Positions 28,268 through 41,462 are shown, counted from the first letter of the stretch. The stretch is 64,000 bases of DNA from Eledone cirrhosa (GCA_964016885.1 OZ024751.1:29760001-29824000), one strand, 5' to 3'. Numbers and translations are program-made. The notes: a model not told the origin generated them from the letters alone.

Positions 28268-28315
<48 letters not shown>

Positions 28316-28423
28316 TATGTACATATATAAATATATGTACATATATATATACATATATATGTGTGTGTGTGTGTGTACATATATATGTGTGTGTATATAT
28401 ATATATATATATAAATATATATA

Positions 28424-28590
28424 TAGGAACAAGTATGACCCCGACGGCAGAGCTCTAGCCATTTCGAAACGGCTTGAGCTCTGCCGTCGGGATCATACTT
28501 GCTCCTATTACGCACTCTACTACCATAAGTATTGAGTACTTTGGTGTGTTATGGTCCATCTGGTTCCTTACCACATTTCCTTTGTTATAT
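28424..28590 (+). mobile_element. HHR family 1 copy truncated and folded back at TTTCGAAA
   Basis: Hairpin taggaacaagtatgaccccgacggcagagctc...gagctctgccgtcgggatcatacttgctccta; GUC triplet here; (TA)n on both sides. Confidence 0.75.
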
Positions 28591-28769
28591 ATATATATAT
28601 ATATAGATATATATAGATAGATATATATAAATATATGTACATATATATACATATCAGAGGAAGTAACCAAAGGCTTTAGTCAGTTAAACTCTGAGAGATG
28701 AATATTCCCTTGTGTGTATATATATATATATATATTCCCACATTCTCATCATCTCTATTTTATACATCG

Positions 28770-28805
<36 letters not shown>

Positions 28806-29525
28806 GTGTGTGTGTGCGTGTGTGTCGATGTATAAAATAGAGATGATGAGAATGTGGGAAAAACTCTCTCTGCAAAAAAGAACCCCCACAAAAAAAGTGA
28901 AGTGAAGTAATAAATAATATCTCGTTTACATTAATGATATACATATTGATATACAGTGATAAATATGAGGACAGGTGTATATATATATATCAGATGCATA
29001 TTTATATATATATATATATCAGATGTGTATTTGTGCATTTATATATATATATATATAGTTAGATAGAGAGATAGATACATGCATACATATATATTACATA
29101 ATATATATATGTATATATATATATGTATGTATATGTATTTATTTTTGTATGTATATATGTGTGTATGCATGTATATGTGAATATATCTTGGTATATATAT
29201 ATATATATATGTATGTATATTATTTGTTAGTGTGGATGAGAAAGAGTCAAATAATGTTTCAGTGAATAACTATATGCAGATACAAGTATGTGTGCATTTG
29301 AATGCAGAATATGCATATATACATACACAAACATGCATACATACACATATAGACATGCTCATATAAAGGTAGAATGTTTGCTTTATATATATATGTATAT
29401 ATATATGTATATATATGTGTATATATGCATGTGTATATATAAATGAATATATATGTATAAATGTGTGTGTGTGTATATATATATATATAAATAGATATAT
29501 ATATGTATATATATGTATAAATGTT

Positions 29526-29572
<47 letters not shown>

Positions 29573-31289
29573 AAATATGTGTATATATGCATATTATATA
29601 TATATATACACTAAAAAAAGAGAACATGCGAGGAAGCAAATGAATAAGAAGAGAAATATTGTGATGCAAAAAGTAATGATAATAATAATAATAACAACAG
29701 CAACAACAATAACAACAATAATAGTAATAATAATAATAATAAGTAAATGAAAATAGCTGAGATAAAAAGATAAATGGAAGAGACATCATTTTTGGAATAA
29801 TCCAGCAGAAAATCAGAGAACTGAAGGGTGCTAACTTAGATGTTGTCATAATCTTTTGATCTGTTTCCTCTTTTGATATTTTGGCTCATTTTGTTACCGT
29901 TTCCTTAAGTCTATCTACTATCCTTATTGAATCTAAAAAGGAATTACTCACCTACCCTCCCACCTCTACCACTCCAAAAAAAGAAAGAAAAGAAACGAAA
30001 CTATGATAATGATAATAATATTAATAATAACAACAACAAATATTGCAAGGAAAAGAAACTGGTTGTGTATATATTGGTATTAAAAAATATATATATATAC
30101 ACTCATACAACCAACAAACATGTAAAATAATTCTATGATATACCCAGAAAAAATAAACATATTCTTGTAGACATTAGTTCGGAGTTTATGCTGTTAAGAT
30201 TCTATGGCTTTTTTTGTTGTTTTTTTGTGATTTTTTTTTTCGTTTCACTTTGAATTAGAATCAAACTGATGTTAATTTTTTTTCTCTTATTAAATAAAAT
30301 ATATTTGTTAATGATAATTAAGTGGCAACAACCAACTGGCTTCTTTCTATTCAATTATTTTGTCAGTTTGTTGTGCTCTGTTGTTTTGGGGGTTATTTTT
30401 AGAAACAGCTAAAAATTACTTAAATTTTTTTCATTTGATTCTATAGACATTGGATTCTCCCTTTCAAGGTCAGGAAAAAAGTACCAGTCAAATACTAGGG
30501 TTGATTTCTCTTCTATATCTTTTTTGGGGGACATCCTGTATTCCTTCACTCTATTTCTCTCTCTCTCACTCTATCTCTCTCAGTGTGTCTTTTATCTGTT
30601 TTAAAATATTGCTGGTTAGGGATGATGGAGGTTTTTAGTTTTCATTGTTCTACACACAGACATACACACACACCTCACTCTCTGTCTGCCTGTTTCTCTC
30701 TTTCTCTCTCTCTTTCCCTTTCTGGAAGAAATCTGCTGTGTTCACACTTAGCACTTAGAGAGGCGACGACCTCTAGCAGGTTTAAAACTATGTCAACTTG
30801 TACTTTCTCTCCCCACCACCTCAGAATGAAATCATCCATGTTTATATCTGGAATGTTGGTGATGATCTCTGCCAGGTGTAAAAAGATTCCCAAGGCACAC
30901 TATATCATTATGGTGCCCCCATGACTCCATTGTTATACTGACCCCATTATTTGACTGGTACTTTATTCTATTGAACCTGGAATGATGAAAGGTAAAATCT
31001 ACCTTGGCCAGATTTTAACTCAGAAGGTAAAGGGCTATAACTAAATTCTACAAATCACTTTATCCAATGTCACTCCGCCACTCATATTTCTAACAATAAA
31101 GCCAACATTATTCATCATCATCATCATTTTATGTCTGCTTTTCCCTTTTTGCTAAGGTGGGGCAGATCCTCTTCAGCACAGCATCTCTCCATTTGTCACG
31201 GTTCCTCGTCATCTCCTTCGTGAGCTTCAGCGATCTGAGGTCAGCTCTCACCACCGCTGCCCGTATTTTATTAATAATAATAATATCTG

Positions 31290-31745
31290 TGGATTAGGAG
31301 TATCAGTAGAGCATCAGGCAACATAGTTTGTGGTACTCAGTTACATCGGTGAATTGGCAGAATCGGTAGAGGGTTGGACGTCATACTTTCTAGCATAGTT
31401 ACATCCCTTTACAGTCTGAGTTCAAATCCCGTCGAGGTTAACTTTGCCTTTCATCCTTACGGGGTCGATAAAATAAAGTACCAGTAATGTACTAGGTAAT
31501 TGCTGGCCTTGTGCCAAAAGTAGAAACAATTATTACTATCAGTAAAGTGTCAGACACCATGCTTTGCAGCATAGAATTATGGCCCTTTACGTTCTGAGTT
31601 CAAATCCTGCTGAGATTAGCTTTGCCTTTCATCCTTACAGGGTCGATAAAATAAAGTACCAGTAATGCACTGGGGTCGATTTAATAAATTTTCCCCTACC
31701 CTTTCAAATTGCTGACCTTGTGCCTAAAGTAAAAACAATTATTAT
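31290..31745 (+). mobile_element. Tandem cluster of family A SINEs (full copy 31347-31532)
   Basis: Highly similar to 3626-3811. Confidence 0.85.
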
Positions 31746-32100
31746 TAATAACAATAACATTGATGAAGAAGACAGAACAAAGGAGGGAATGAAATAAAGA
31801 CAAATTTAGTTTTGAAAAATATTTATTTAACTTAGGTTTGAATATTCATAAGTATGGTTTCTTCTGTAAAAGGTGTTTAAAAGATGAAAAGGAATCTTGA
31901 TGCTTTCAACAACAGATGGCTTCACCTTCATTTCAAGATTGTCTCTCCTCAGAAGCTCATGAAGGTTCTAAAGATTTTCAAAGATTGCTTATAAAAATGT
32001 GTATTACCTGCAGAAGCCATAACTTTAATCTGTTTATTATATTAAGATAAAGATTATTGAGCTATCTCAGACCTGAATTCTCTCTCTCTCTATATATATA

Positions 32101-32472
32101 TATATTCATTTTATACCGTGTCGGTTGTCACAAACAGTCATGACCGACACGGGCCAGTGTTTGGATTATGTCGATCGATTGGTTATTGATTAGGCGATAT
32201 CCGCTGATGAAGCCGCATAAGCCGATTGTGCATTGTTGCATAATATACGCAGACAGATGGTGCAGTGCACCTTACTGCTGCATTAGTGCTGCAGAAACTC
32301 GAGTCCGAGAACCTTATAGGCACCCGTTCTACGTGTGTTGTGTTGAGGCAAATAACTGTGTATATACTCTGGTAATGTATCTTACATTGCCCATTGAGTG
32401 CCTGAGATACAACCGGTACTGGCATTGATAAATATGCTGGGTCCATCAACCCTTATTATATTCATTTTATAT
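32101..32472 (+). mobile_element. HHR-bearing PLE-like element; hammerhead 32199-32310, predicted cleavage GUC after 32305
   Basis: CTGATGA 32204-32210, long stem II, GAAAC-TCGA-GTC palindromic stem III; 5' hairpin ccgtgtcggt/accgacacgg; tatattcattttata at both ends; TTGAGTGC at 32394. Confidence 0.72.
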
Positions 32473-32491
32473 ATATATATATATATATATA

Positions 32492-32792
32492 TCATCATCA
32501 TCATCATCATCATCATCATCGTTTAACGTCCATCTTCCATGCTTGCATGAGTTTGGACGGGAGTTTTCCCACTTGAGGCAAGATTGGTTGTCCTGCTCGT
32601 ATAGGACTGTCTGGCAGGTTTTCTACGGCTGGATGCCCTTCCTAACACCAACCACGTTTACAGTGTGGACTGGGAACTTTTTACCGTGTTACCTACATGG
32701 CCACATTACAGCGTGGACTGTGTGTTTTTTTTGTCGTGACACCTACACGACCTCATTTATTTTGGACTGGATGTTGTGGTACCAACATAACT
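32492..32792 (-). mobile_element. RTE LINE 3' UTR-only copy
   Basis: Highly similar to 41463-41750; (CAT)n tail. Confidence 0.85.
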
Positions 32793-33186
32793 CTATATAT
32801 ATATATATGTAAATATAGAGTGTCTCAAAAGAATATATACACACTTCAATAACATTTTAATAAATATTACCTGTACAGGCAATCAAAGTATGTATACATT
32901 TTTTGGGGACACCCTGTATTCCTTGACTCTATTTCTCTCTCTCACTTTATCTCTTTTTATCTGTTTTAAAATATAGATGGTTAGGGATGATGGGGGTTTT
33001 GTTTAGTTTTCATTGTCCTGCACACCCACACATACATATTTCCTGATGATTTCCTTCAAATGAAACTGTTCTAGTCCTGTAGAAGCCATTTCTATATTAT
33101 ATTTGTTGTTTACACTCTAGTTATGTATTGAGTACCTTACTTATTGTGGTTACTCCCGATTGAACCTGGGACTCATATATATATAT

Positions 33187-33371
33187 AATTGTTTCTACTT
33201 TTGGCACAAGGCCAGCAATTATCCCAGTGTATTACTGGTACTTTATTTTATCGACCCCGTAAGGATGAAAGGCAAAGTTAACCTCGGCGGGATTTGAACT
33301 CAATCCGTAAAGGGACGTAACTGTGCTGCACAGCATGGCGTCCGACCCTCTACCGATACTGCCAATCCACA
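33187..33371 (-). mobile_element. Family A SINE
   Basis: Reverse complement of the 3626-3811 type. Confidence 0.85.
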
Positions 33372-33919
33372 TATATAATGAAAAGCACCCAGTCCACCCT
33401 GTAGCATGGTAGTGCGGGTGCCACAAGGAAAAGCACCTATTACACCCTGTAATATATGCTAGTGCCAGAGTCACAATAAAATATTCCCAGTACAGGCTGT
33501 AAAGTGATTGGCATTAGGAAGAGCATCCAGCCACAGAAACCAGCTTGATCCCATCCCCATCCCAATCTCAACCTATATCCACCCATACCAAGCCCTGTCC
33601 CACTCCCAGCTCAGACCCAGAACAGGCCTAACCCAACCCCAAACTAACTCCAGTCAAATGCCAGTCTAACCCCAGCAAAACCCTAGCCAACCCCAGCCAT
33701 CCTAGCCCAGTCCAGCCTATAACATAAACAGAGACTGACTAAGTATTTTACATCAACAAAGCTGATGTAAAATGTTGAGTGGTAGAGTGTGAGAAAGCAT
33801 CTGTTGGTAACATATATGGTAGAGTTCAGTTGTTAAAGCTTGATTTATGAAGTAAAACCTCCCCATATCATGTTGAATAATGTTGTGTGAGAGAGGACAA
33901 AATTAATTGGGGGATGGGG

Positions 33920-34925
33920 CAGCTGTTGGTGGTGGTGATGGTGGTAGGGGAGCAGCTGGTGGTGGTTGTGGTGGTAATAGTGATGGTGGTGGTCGAAGAG
34001 CAACTGCTCGTGGTGTAGGTAGTGGTGGTGGTAATGGTGGTGGTGGTGGTAATGATGATGATGGTGATTATGGTGGTGATGGTGGAGGGGGATTGAGATG
34101 ACAATAGTGATTGTGATGGTGGTGACAAAGATGCTTGGTGACACTGGTTTTGGTGACAATGTTGATGTGATGGTGCTTGTAGAAGTGTCAATGGTGGTGG
34201 TGGTGGTGTTGGTGGTTGTCACAATGGTGATGGTGGTGTTGGTGGTTGTCACAATGGTGATGGTGGTGGTGTTGGTGGTTGTCACAATGGTGATGGTGGT
34301 GTTGGTGGTTGTCACAATGGTGATAGTGGTAGTGATGACGGTGATGATGATGACTCAGTTTCTACCCCCCCCCCTCCTCCTCCTCTCCCCACCGCCCTCC
34401 CTATTTTACAACATTGATTAATGGTGCCTATAATTTCTTTTTCCACTGTGCTACACACATCACATAGATTAGACTCTTTGAGAGCCTTCTCTGATAATCA
34501 CGGAATTTAAACAGTTCACATAGTGCCCTTGTACCACCTCCACCACAACCACCACTGCCGCCACCACCACCATCACTATATACATCATCACCACCACCAC
34601 CACTACCATCACTACCACTACAGCTAGCATCATCACCAATACCAAGCCACCATAGTCACAACCACTACAGCTAACACCACCACCATCACCACCACTACCA
34701 TCACTACCACTACAGCTATCACCACCACTACCACTACCACCACCACCATCACTACCACTACAGGTATCACCACCATCACTACCACTACAGCTATCATCAT
34801 CACCACACCACCACCACCATCACTACAGCTATCACCACTACCACCACCACCACCACCATCACTACCACTACAGCTATCATCATCACCACCACCACCACCA
34901 CCATAGTCACTACCACAGACACCAC
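33920..34925. repeat. (GGT)n and (CAC)n degenerate microsatellites with ~30-bp higher-order units
   Basis: gtcacaatggtgatggtggtgttggtggtt x4; accactacagctatc units. Confidence 0.85.
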
Positions 34926-35015
34926 ATATGTGTATGTGTGTGCATGTGTGTGTGTGTGTGAGTGCATGGCTTGTTGGTTAGGTTGTGTGTGTGTGTGGGT
35001 ATGTGGTCATGGTTG

Positions 35016-35317
35016 TTGAAGTTGTGTCACTCGAGTGACGCAACTTCAAGTGATTAGCAACCTCTAGACTCCCCTGATCAATGAAACAATTGTCAGTACT
35101 TTAAATAAAGCCCCTTATTGAACAGCCAGCCATGTTACTCTTCAATCTTTCACTATTATTTCTCCAAGTATAACCTGCATAGAAATTACTGCAACCTCGC
35201 TGCATGACTATGGAAACATCTTGTTGAGTCAAACAAAGCCGTACGTTAAAACTATCCACGACACAGAGTACTCACAACCTCTAACTGGATTACCTATAAG
35301 CATAACTTGTTATCCCA
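35016..35317 (+). mobile_element. 5'-truncated PLE-like fragment with terminal palindrome and half hammerhead
   Basis: 34-nt near-palindrome ttgaagttgtgtcactcgagtgacgcaacttcaa; GAAACAATTGTC 35083-35094 followed by AATAAA. Confidence 0.55.
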
Positions 35318-35331
35318 TATATATATATATA

Positions 35332-35489
35332 GGGAGGGTCATATTTGTGTAATAGTATTGCCAGAATTAATAACAGAACACACTCACTATATTAGCCGAT
35401 ATAAAAGACACAGAAGCAAAAACCAATCAAACAGTGAGTGTGTTCTGTTATTAATTCTGGCAATACTATTACACAAATATTACCCTCCC
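35332..35489. repeat. 57-bp near-perfect inverted repeat with 44-bp spacer next to (TA)n
   Basis: Arms 35332-35388 and 35433-35489. Confidence 0.9.
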
Positions 35490-36031
35490 CAAGTATAACA
35501 ATATTTGTTTCGACACACGATTTCATATCAAAAAGCTCACAAAACTAATTCATCGCCATTATATATATATATAATTTTGGTATGCTTATATACTTTTTTT
35601 CTTCTAACTTTGATTTTATTTTATACCTAATTGTGAATGATTGACGATATATTTAATCGATTTCCACGTGCTATTAGAAATACTGGGTAAATATTCTATA
35701 GCTGTTGATCGCGGATAGATAGCTGTCGTTTATTTATCTATTATTTCTTCATAGATGCCTTTTAATCTTATAGCCTTGTTTAATTGTTTTTTTTGTGTGG
35801 TTGATTATGCTGATTGGGAGAGGAAATAATGTATATATTTTATCAAATGATTCTATGGACATACTTTATTGTATATATATATATATATATACTCTCTCTC
35901 TCTCTATATATATATATTCATTTCATTCATTTCATTTTACGTCCGCTTTTTCCCTGCTTGCAAGGGTGGGACGGGAACTGATTTTGGCTTGATTTCTACA
36001 GCTGGATGCCCTTCCTAACACCAACCTCAAA

Positions 36032-36065
<34 letters not shown>

Positions 36066-36070
<5 letters not shown>

Positions 36071-36228
36071 TAAAATAACAGATTAAAGTTTAAGCAAAGA
36101 ATCGCTGCTTTCACCCTTAACGGGATCTTCTGAAACTCATTTGCTCTACGGTTCTTATATATTTGATATATATTTATCCTTATCGAGCCCTCTTTGGATT
36201 TTAGTCTTCAAATTTATTATTATTACTA
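36066..36228. mobile_element. HHR family 3 copy with inverted 5' half (hammerhead 36087-36137 on the minus strand)
   Basis: 36066-36138 is the reverse complement of 39197-39268; the remainder is colinear with 39270-39355. Confidence 0.8.
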
Positions 36229-36310
36229 TATATATATATATATATATGTCCCAAGGCTCTGATACCATCAACACTATAAACACAGAGCTGGCATATCTAA
36301 GAACTGACTA

Positions 36311-36366
36311 ACTGCCTGATAAGGTCATAGCCATTCAATGGCTATCATCAAAATATATATAGCAGT
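36311..36366 (+). ncRNA. Decayed type I hammerhead (G8A and G12A), probably inactive
   Basis: actgc-CTGATAA-g...atagccat/atggctat...c-AAAA-TATATATA-gcagt with perfect 5-bp stem I. Confidence 0.6.
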
Positions 36367-36409
36367 AAATAAAGGATTATGAGTTCATGCAATTGACTTA
36401 TGTTTCGTC

Positions 36410-36468
<59 letters not shown>

Positions 36469-36470
36469 AT

Positions 36471-36629
<159 letters not shown>

Positions 36630-36726
36630 TATGAAGAGAGAAGTTGGCACCCTTAACTCACAGTTGGGTGCGGATGCATTCATGTATATATGTGTGTGTC
36701 CGCATGTATCTGTGTGTTTCTAAATG

Positions 36727-36757
<31 letters not shown>

Positions 36758-37179
36758 ATATATATATTATATTTATATATAATATATATATGATAATAAG
36801 TCCATGTTAGATTGAGATTAAGAAATGAAATTGAAAAGAGAAAAAAGAAATCAAACATTTTTTTTGTTTTTGTTTCTTTTTGACTTTTATTATTTATTTA
36901 TTTTATCTTTTTATTTTTACCATTTCTGATTCCCTCTGAGAATTGGTATTTTATTTCTGTGAGTAGAGATTGCTGTGTATAATAACTGATACAGAATTTT
37001 GAGGTGGGAACGGCAGTTAATTCATAGACAACATAATCTTATTTCATATATGAGATTTATTCAAAACAAACACTGTTCTTTCTTCTACGTAGCTAATGGT
37101 TCACTTGCTGCTGTTGTTGTTGTTGGTGGTGGTGTTGTTCTTGTTGTTGTTACTACTGTATATATATAATATAAGTACA

Positions 37180-37557
37180 AAGCGAAACCTACAGTCAGTA
37201 GGCACCTCTTAACAAAAATACACCCCTGTCCCACTACCCCCACCCCATCCACACCACCCCTTTCAATGTAAAGTTATGTTGGTACCACAACATCCAGTCC
37301 GAAACAAATGAGGTCGTGTAGGTGTCATGACAGAAAACACACAGTCCACGCTGTAATGTGGCCGTGTAGGTGACACGGTAAAAACCTCCCAGCCCCACAC
37401 TGTAAACATGGTTGGTGTTAGGAAGGGCATCCAGCCGTAGAAAACCTGCCAGACAGTCCTATGCGAGCGAGACAACCACTCTTGCCTCAAGTGGGAAAAC
37501 TCCCGTCCAAACCCATGCAAGCGTGGAAGATGGACATTAAACGATGATGATGATGAT
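37180..37557 (+). mobile_element. RTE LINE 3' end copy
   Basis: Reverse-complement homolog of 41463-41850; (GAT)n tail. Confidence 0.85.
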
Positions 37558-37867
37558 ATATATATATATATATTATATAATATATATATATTATATATAT
37601 ATATATAATATATATAATATATATATATAATATATATAATATATATATATAATATATATAATATATATATATTATATATATATATATAATATATATAATA
37701 TATATATATATTATATATATATATTATATATATTATATATATATATTATATATATTATATATATTCTATGTAGCTAACGGTTCACTTGCTGTTGCTGGTG
37801 GAGGTGGTCTTGTTCTTGTTGTTGTTACTGCTGTTTTTTTCTTTTGTGAATATTTCCATTCATTTAC

Positions 37868-38825
37868 TTGATATACGCAGATGACATCAAGCTGTACCTT
37901 GAGATAAAAAGGACAGATCCTGAACACTATAGATCTTGCCTGCAATCTGACCTGGACACAATGCAACTATGGATCACAGACTGCAATTCAAGCTAGCTGT
38001 GGACAAGTGCACCACCATGCATTTTGGGAGTAAAAACCCAGCATCCACAACACTAATATCAAGAAGTCTTCTTGTGAACGTGACCTGGGCATTACGGTCA
38101 GCAGCGATTTGCGTTGGATGAAGCACGTCTCTAAATTGTCAAGAAGGCCGAGGGTGTCTTAGCATCACTCAGCAAGACCTTTGTCAGCCACTCTCCAGCT
38201 ATCTATTTAAAGCTGTACATTGGTATGGTGCGGCCTTACATAGAATTTGCATCACCTGTCTGGAAACCCTATCTTGCTCAGAACATTGACCTCCTGGAAA
38301 CTGTTCAGAGACGTGCAACCAAGCGCATACCCTCCATCAGATATCTACCATACTCTGAACGCCTTGCTTCCCTGGGCATAGATTCATTGAAACTCCAACA
38401 TCTGGCAACTGACTTGGTAAACACCCACAGAATTACTAACCATCTCGCCAACAACAACCCTGAGTACCTTTTTGATTTCCATGTGTCTAACACACGTGGG
38501 CATGCCCACAAAGTCAGAAAACAGCACAGTTCCTATGACTTTCGGAAACATTTTTTCACGCTTAGAGTTGCTGAAGCATGGAACAAACTACCTGCATCAG
38601 TTGTTAGCTGTCAAAACACTGCATCCTTTAAAACCTCCATGCTTCCGGGGATTCGCCAACACTACACCTAATATTTCCCCCTCCATACACATACACACAT
38701 GTATATCATGACTCATACACTATTCACTTCCCTGACATTTGTATATTATTCTATGTACTATACATGCACCTTTGGCGAGTTGTAGTGTACCTGAGCACTT
38801 TACACAATAATTTCATTATTATTAT
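37868..38825 (+). mobile_element. 5'-truncated CR1-clade LINE (RT C-terminal part and 3' UTR), frameshifted
   Basis: YADDIKLY at the start; ORF 38225-38671 VRPYIEFASPVW..VQRRATK..TRGH..FFTLRVAEAWNKLP; (ATT)n tail. Confidence 0.92.
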
Positions 38826-38969
38826 GAACCCCACATTTTATTGTTTTTTGCTCTTGTATTGTGTCCTTGTGGCTAAGAAAAGAAATCATCATCATCTTTG
38901 CAGCAGAGAGTTATGGCCCTTTACGTTCTGAGTTCAAATCCTGCCGAGATTAGCTTTGTCTTTCATCCA

Positions 38970-39357
38970 CAAACCACCTAATAGAATATTTGTCTACGAT
39001 TTCATTTATACCATAAACGTGGTTTTGTCTTTGCGTGTAATTGTTTTCACCGCTCCAAATAATGACGTATTATCTTCGTTTTTTTCCGTTCTTTGCCAGG
39101 GAACGTTTCCACGAACCAAATTATCGTCTTCCTGTCTTCCTTCGGTTGCAACGTTTTTCGAAATATTTACTTCTGCGTTCACCGATTGATTTTTTTAGTT
39201 TCAGAAGATCCCGTTAAGGGTGAAAGCAGCGATTCTTTGCTTAAACTTTAATCTGTTATTTTAATAAATATTTGCTCTACAGTTCTTATATATTTCATAT
39301 ATATTTATCCTTATCGAGCCCTCTTTGGATTTTAGTCTTCAAATTTATTATTATTAT
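38970..39357 (+). mobile_element. HHR family 3 longest copy; hammerhead-like fold 39197-39247 with CAGAAGA core, predicted site CUU after 39242
   Basis: agttt-CAGAAGA-t-ccc-gttaa-ggg-t-GAA-AGCA-gcgattctt-TGCT-T-aaact; other copies at 36066, 55707-55868, 63118-63178. Confidence 0.68.
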
Positions 39358-39417
39358 ATATGCATAAATATATATATATATGCATATATGTATATATATA
39401 TGTATATATATATATGC

Positions 39418-39489
<72 letters not shown>

Positions 39490-40356
39490 CCTCTCTTCTT
39501 AACCCACTGTCTATCATTTCTATAGAAATGTTTACAGTTTTTCCTTGACTTTGTTTTTGTTTTATTTTTGTAATATTTTAATTTTTCTTTATTATTTTCT
39601 ATCTTATTGTTTAACATTGTTATTTATATATTTTGTTCGTTTTTTTGTTTTACTCATTTTGTGTGTGTGTGTGGGGGGGGGGGGGGGCTTCTGTTCATTT
39701 TATGTGAATTCTCTTCCATGGAAGGTCAGACCAAAATATTGACACCAATCTTATTCCAACCCAATAATCACCCCTGAAACCCATCCACCAAGCCTCAACC
39801 CCCTCACTCTCACCCCACCCCCTCACCACCCCACCCCAATAACTATGGCCTCTATTATACCTGCTTCACCTTGTTTCTTCACTCAGTAGTAGTATCTTTG
39901 GTTGTTGTTGTATCATGATGATGGTAGTGGCTTCATTGGAGATGATGTTGGTGATAGTGGTGATGGTGGTGGTAGTGATGGTGGTGGTGATGATGGTAGC
40001 GGTGATGGTGGTGGTGGTGACGGTGGTGATGGTGGTGGTGGTGGATACTGCATTTGTTGTTGCAAATTAATTTAGTTTTTTTTACACCATTGACAACAAA
40101 CCACCTGACCCCTCCCTCGTTTTAGGATATAAAAACTGTTTATTTTAAAGAATTCTTATATGAAACCTTCACAATTTAATATAAGAACCTTTCATAAGAT
40201 GATGATGATGACGATATATATATATATATATATATCATCTTCGTGATCTAAGATCTAACATGAAGATTCAATCAGACATTCCATCCTACTCAAAATCCTG
40301 TCAGCTGCACTAAATGCAGCTTGATGTGTAAATCAGCAGCTGGACTAAAATACCAT

Positions 40357-40583
40357 TTAACCCTTTAGCATTTAAACCAGCCATATCTGTCCAGAATTCT
40401 TTCACCTCTCTCTGTTCAAGCCGGCTATAACTGGCCCCTCATAATTATATTAAGGTATTGTTCTCAAAACAAATAATATCAAAATGTCATAGATTCGATA
40501 TTATGTGAGATATTATGTAAGGTAAAGCCTTTACCATGAAAATGCAATAGTATATATAGAGTAATGTAAATGGTAAACAGTTA
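40357..40583 (+). mobile_element. piggyBac-type MITE
   Basis: TTAA-ccctttagcattt ... aaatggtaaacag-TTAA. Confidence 0.7.
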
Positions 40584-41462
40584 AGGTATAACCATAAAAA
40601 ATTGAACTGAAAAGAGTGTTGAGCCCTCATACAATGATATATGACAGGAGAGTCCATCATATATATACATGCATACATACCTGATGGCTGCAAACTCTGC
40701 TAAGAGTACTGCAATCGCTTGTCAGATTATAGATTTTGGTGCAATTTTACATACATACATATAGCCACCCATCCATGAAATATTGCCTCAAGAATAACCC
40801 CAGGATGGGTAAGTAGGCTATCATGAGCCCTGCAAAGCCATCTTCTATACTTTAGCATGGAAGATGGCCTTAAAATCTTTGTTGTTGATGTTGTCATTAT
40901 TTGTTGTCTTTACTGTTTGTAACTAGGATGTTTCCAATCTGTCCATGTACAATAAACTCACCTTTTGTTTACCTCTGTTCAATACAGCAGCCTTTAGATT
41001 TCCACAGCTGCCCTTTCATCTCAACACAACTTGAAAATATTCACCTACCTGTCTATATAAAAAAGATAAATAGCAACACGGTTATTGCAATTACACCTGT
41101 CAGTGTAAACAGTCCATATATATTTTTCATACCTGTGTACATAGAGACGAAACCAGTCTCAATAGTAGTCTTGTACATACAATATAATAACTGGGTTCTA
41201 GTTTTCATTTATATACAAACTTTTACTCTTTACCTCCCCTTTAAAAAGCACGCACACACAAGTGCGCATGTACACACACACAAGTGCGCACACACACAAG
41301 TCCGCGTGCGCGCACACACACACACATATATATATATGTATATAAACACACTGAAGAAGGAGTGTTCTGTGTAACAGTACATAGAATGTTCAAATAGCAT
41401 TAACTGAATGATCACCACTTAATGCATGCAAAGTATACATTTTATTTTCCAGAAAATGAAGT

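Noticed and set aside
30720-30920. Possible host exon
   Set aside because: Shares tctggaagaaatctgctgt...-like sequence with 49600-49658 (-), so likely an unclassified repeat
31919-31956. Minus-strand gctt-CTGAGGA-gaga/tctt-GAAA...GTG-aagc hammerhead
   Set aside because: Triplet is GUG (not NUH), stem III is negligible and no other element hallmarks were seen; may be chance or heavy decay
40962-41048. Minus-strand 87-nt coding exon (AG...AAG|GTGAGT)
   Set aside because: Stops in all three frames; could only be non-coding, and is unsupported without RNA data
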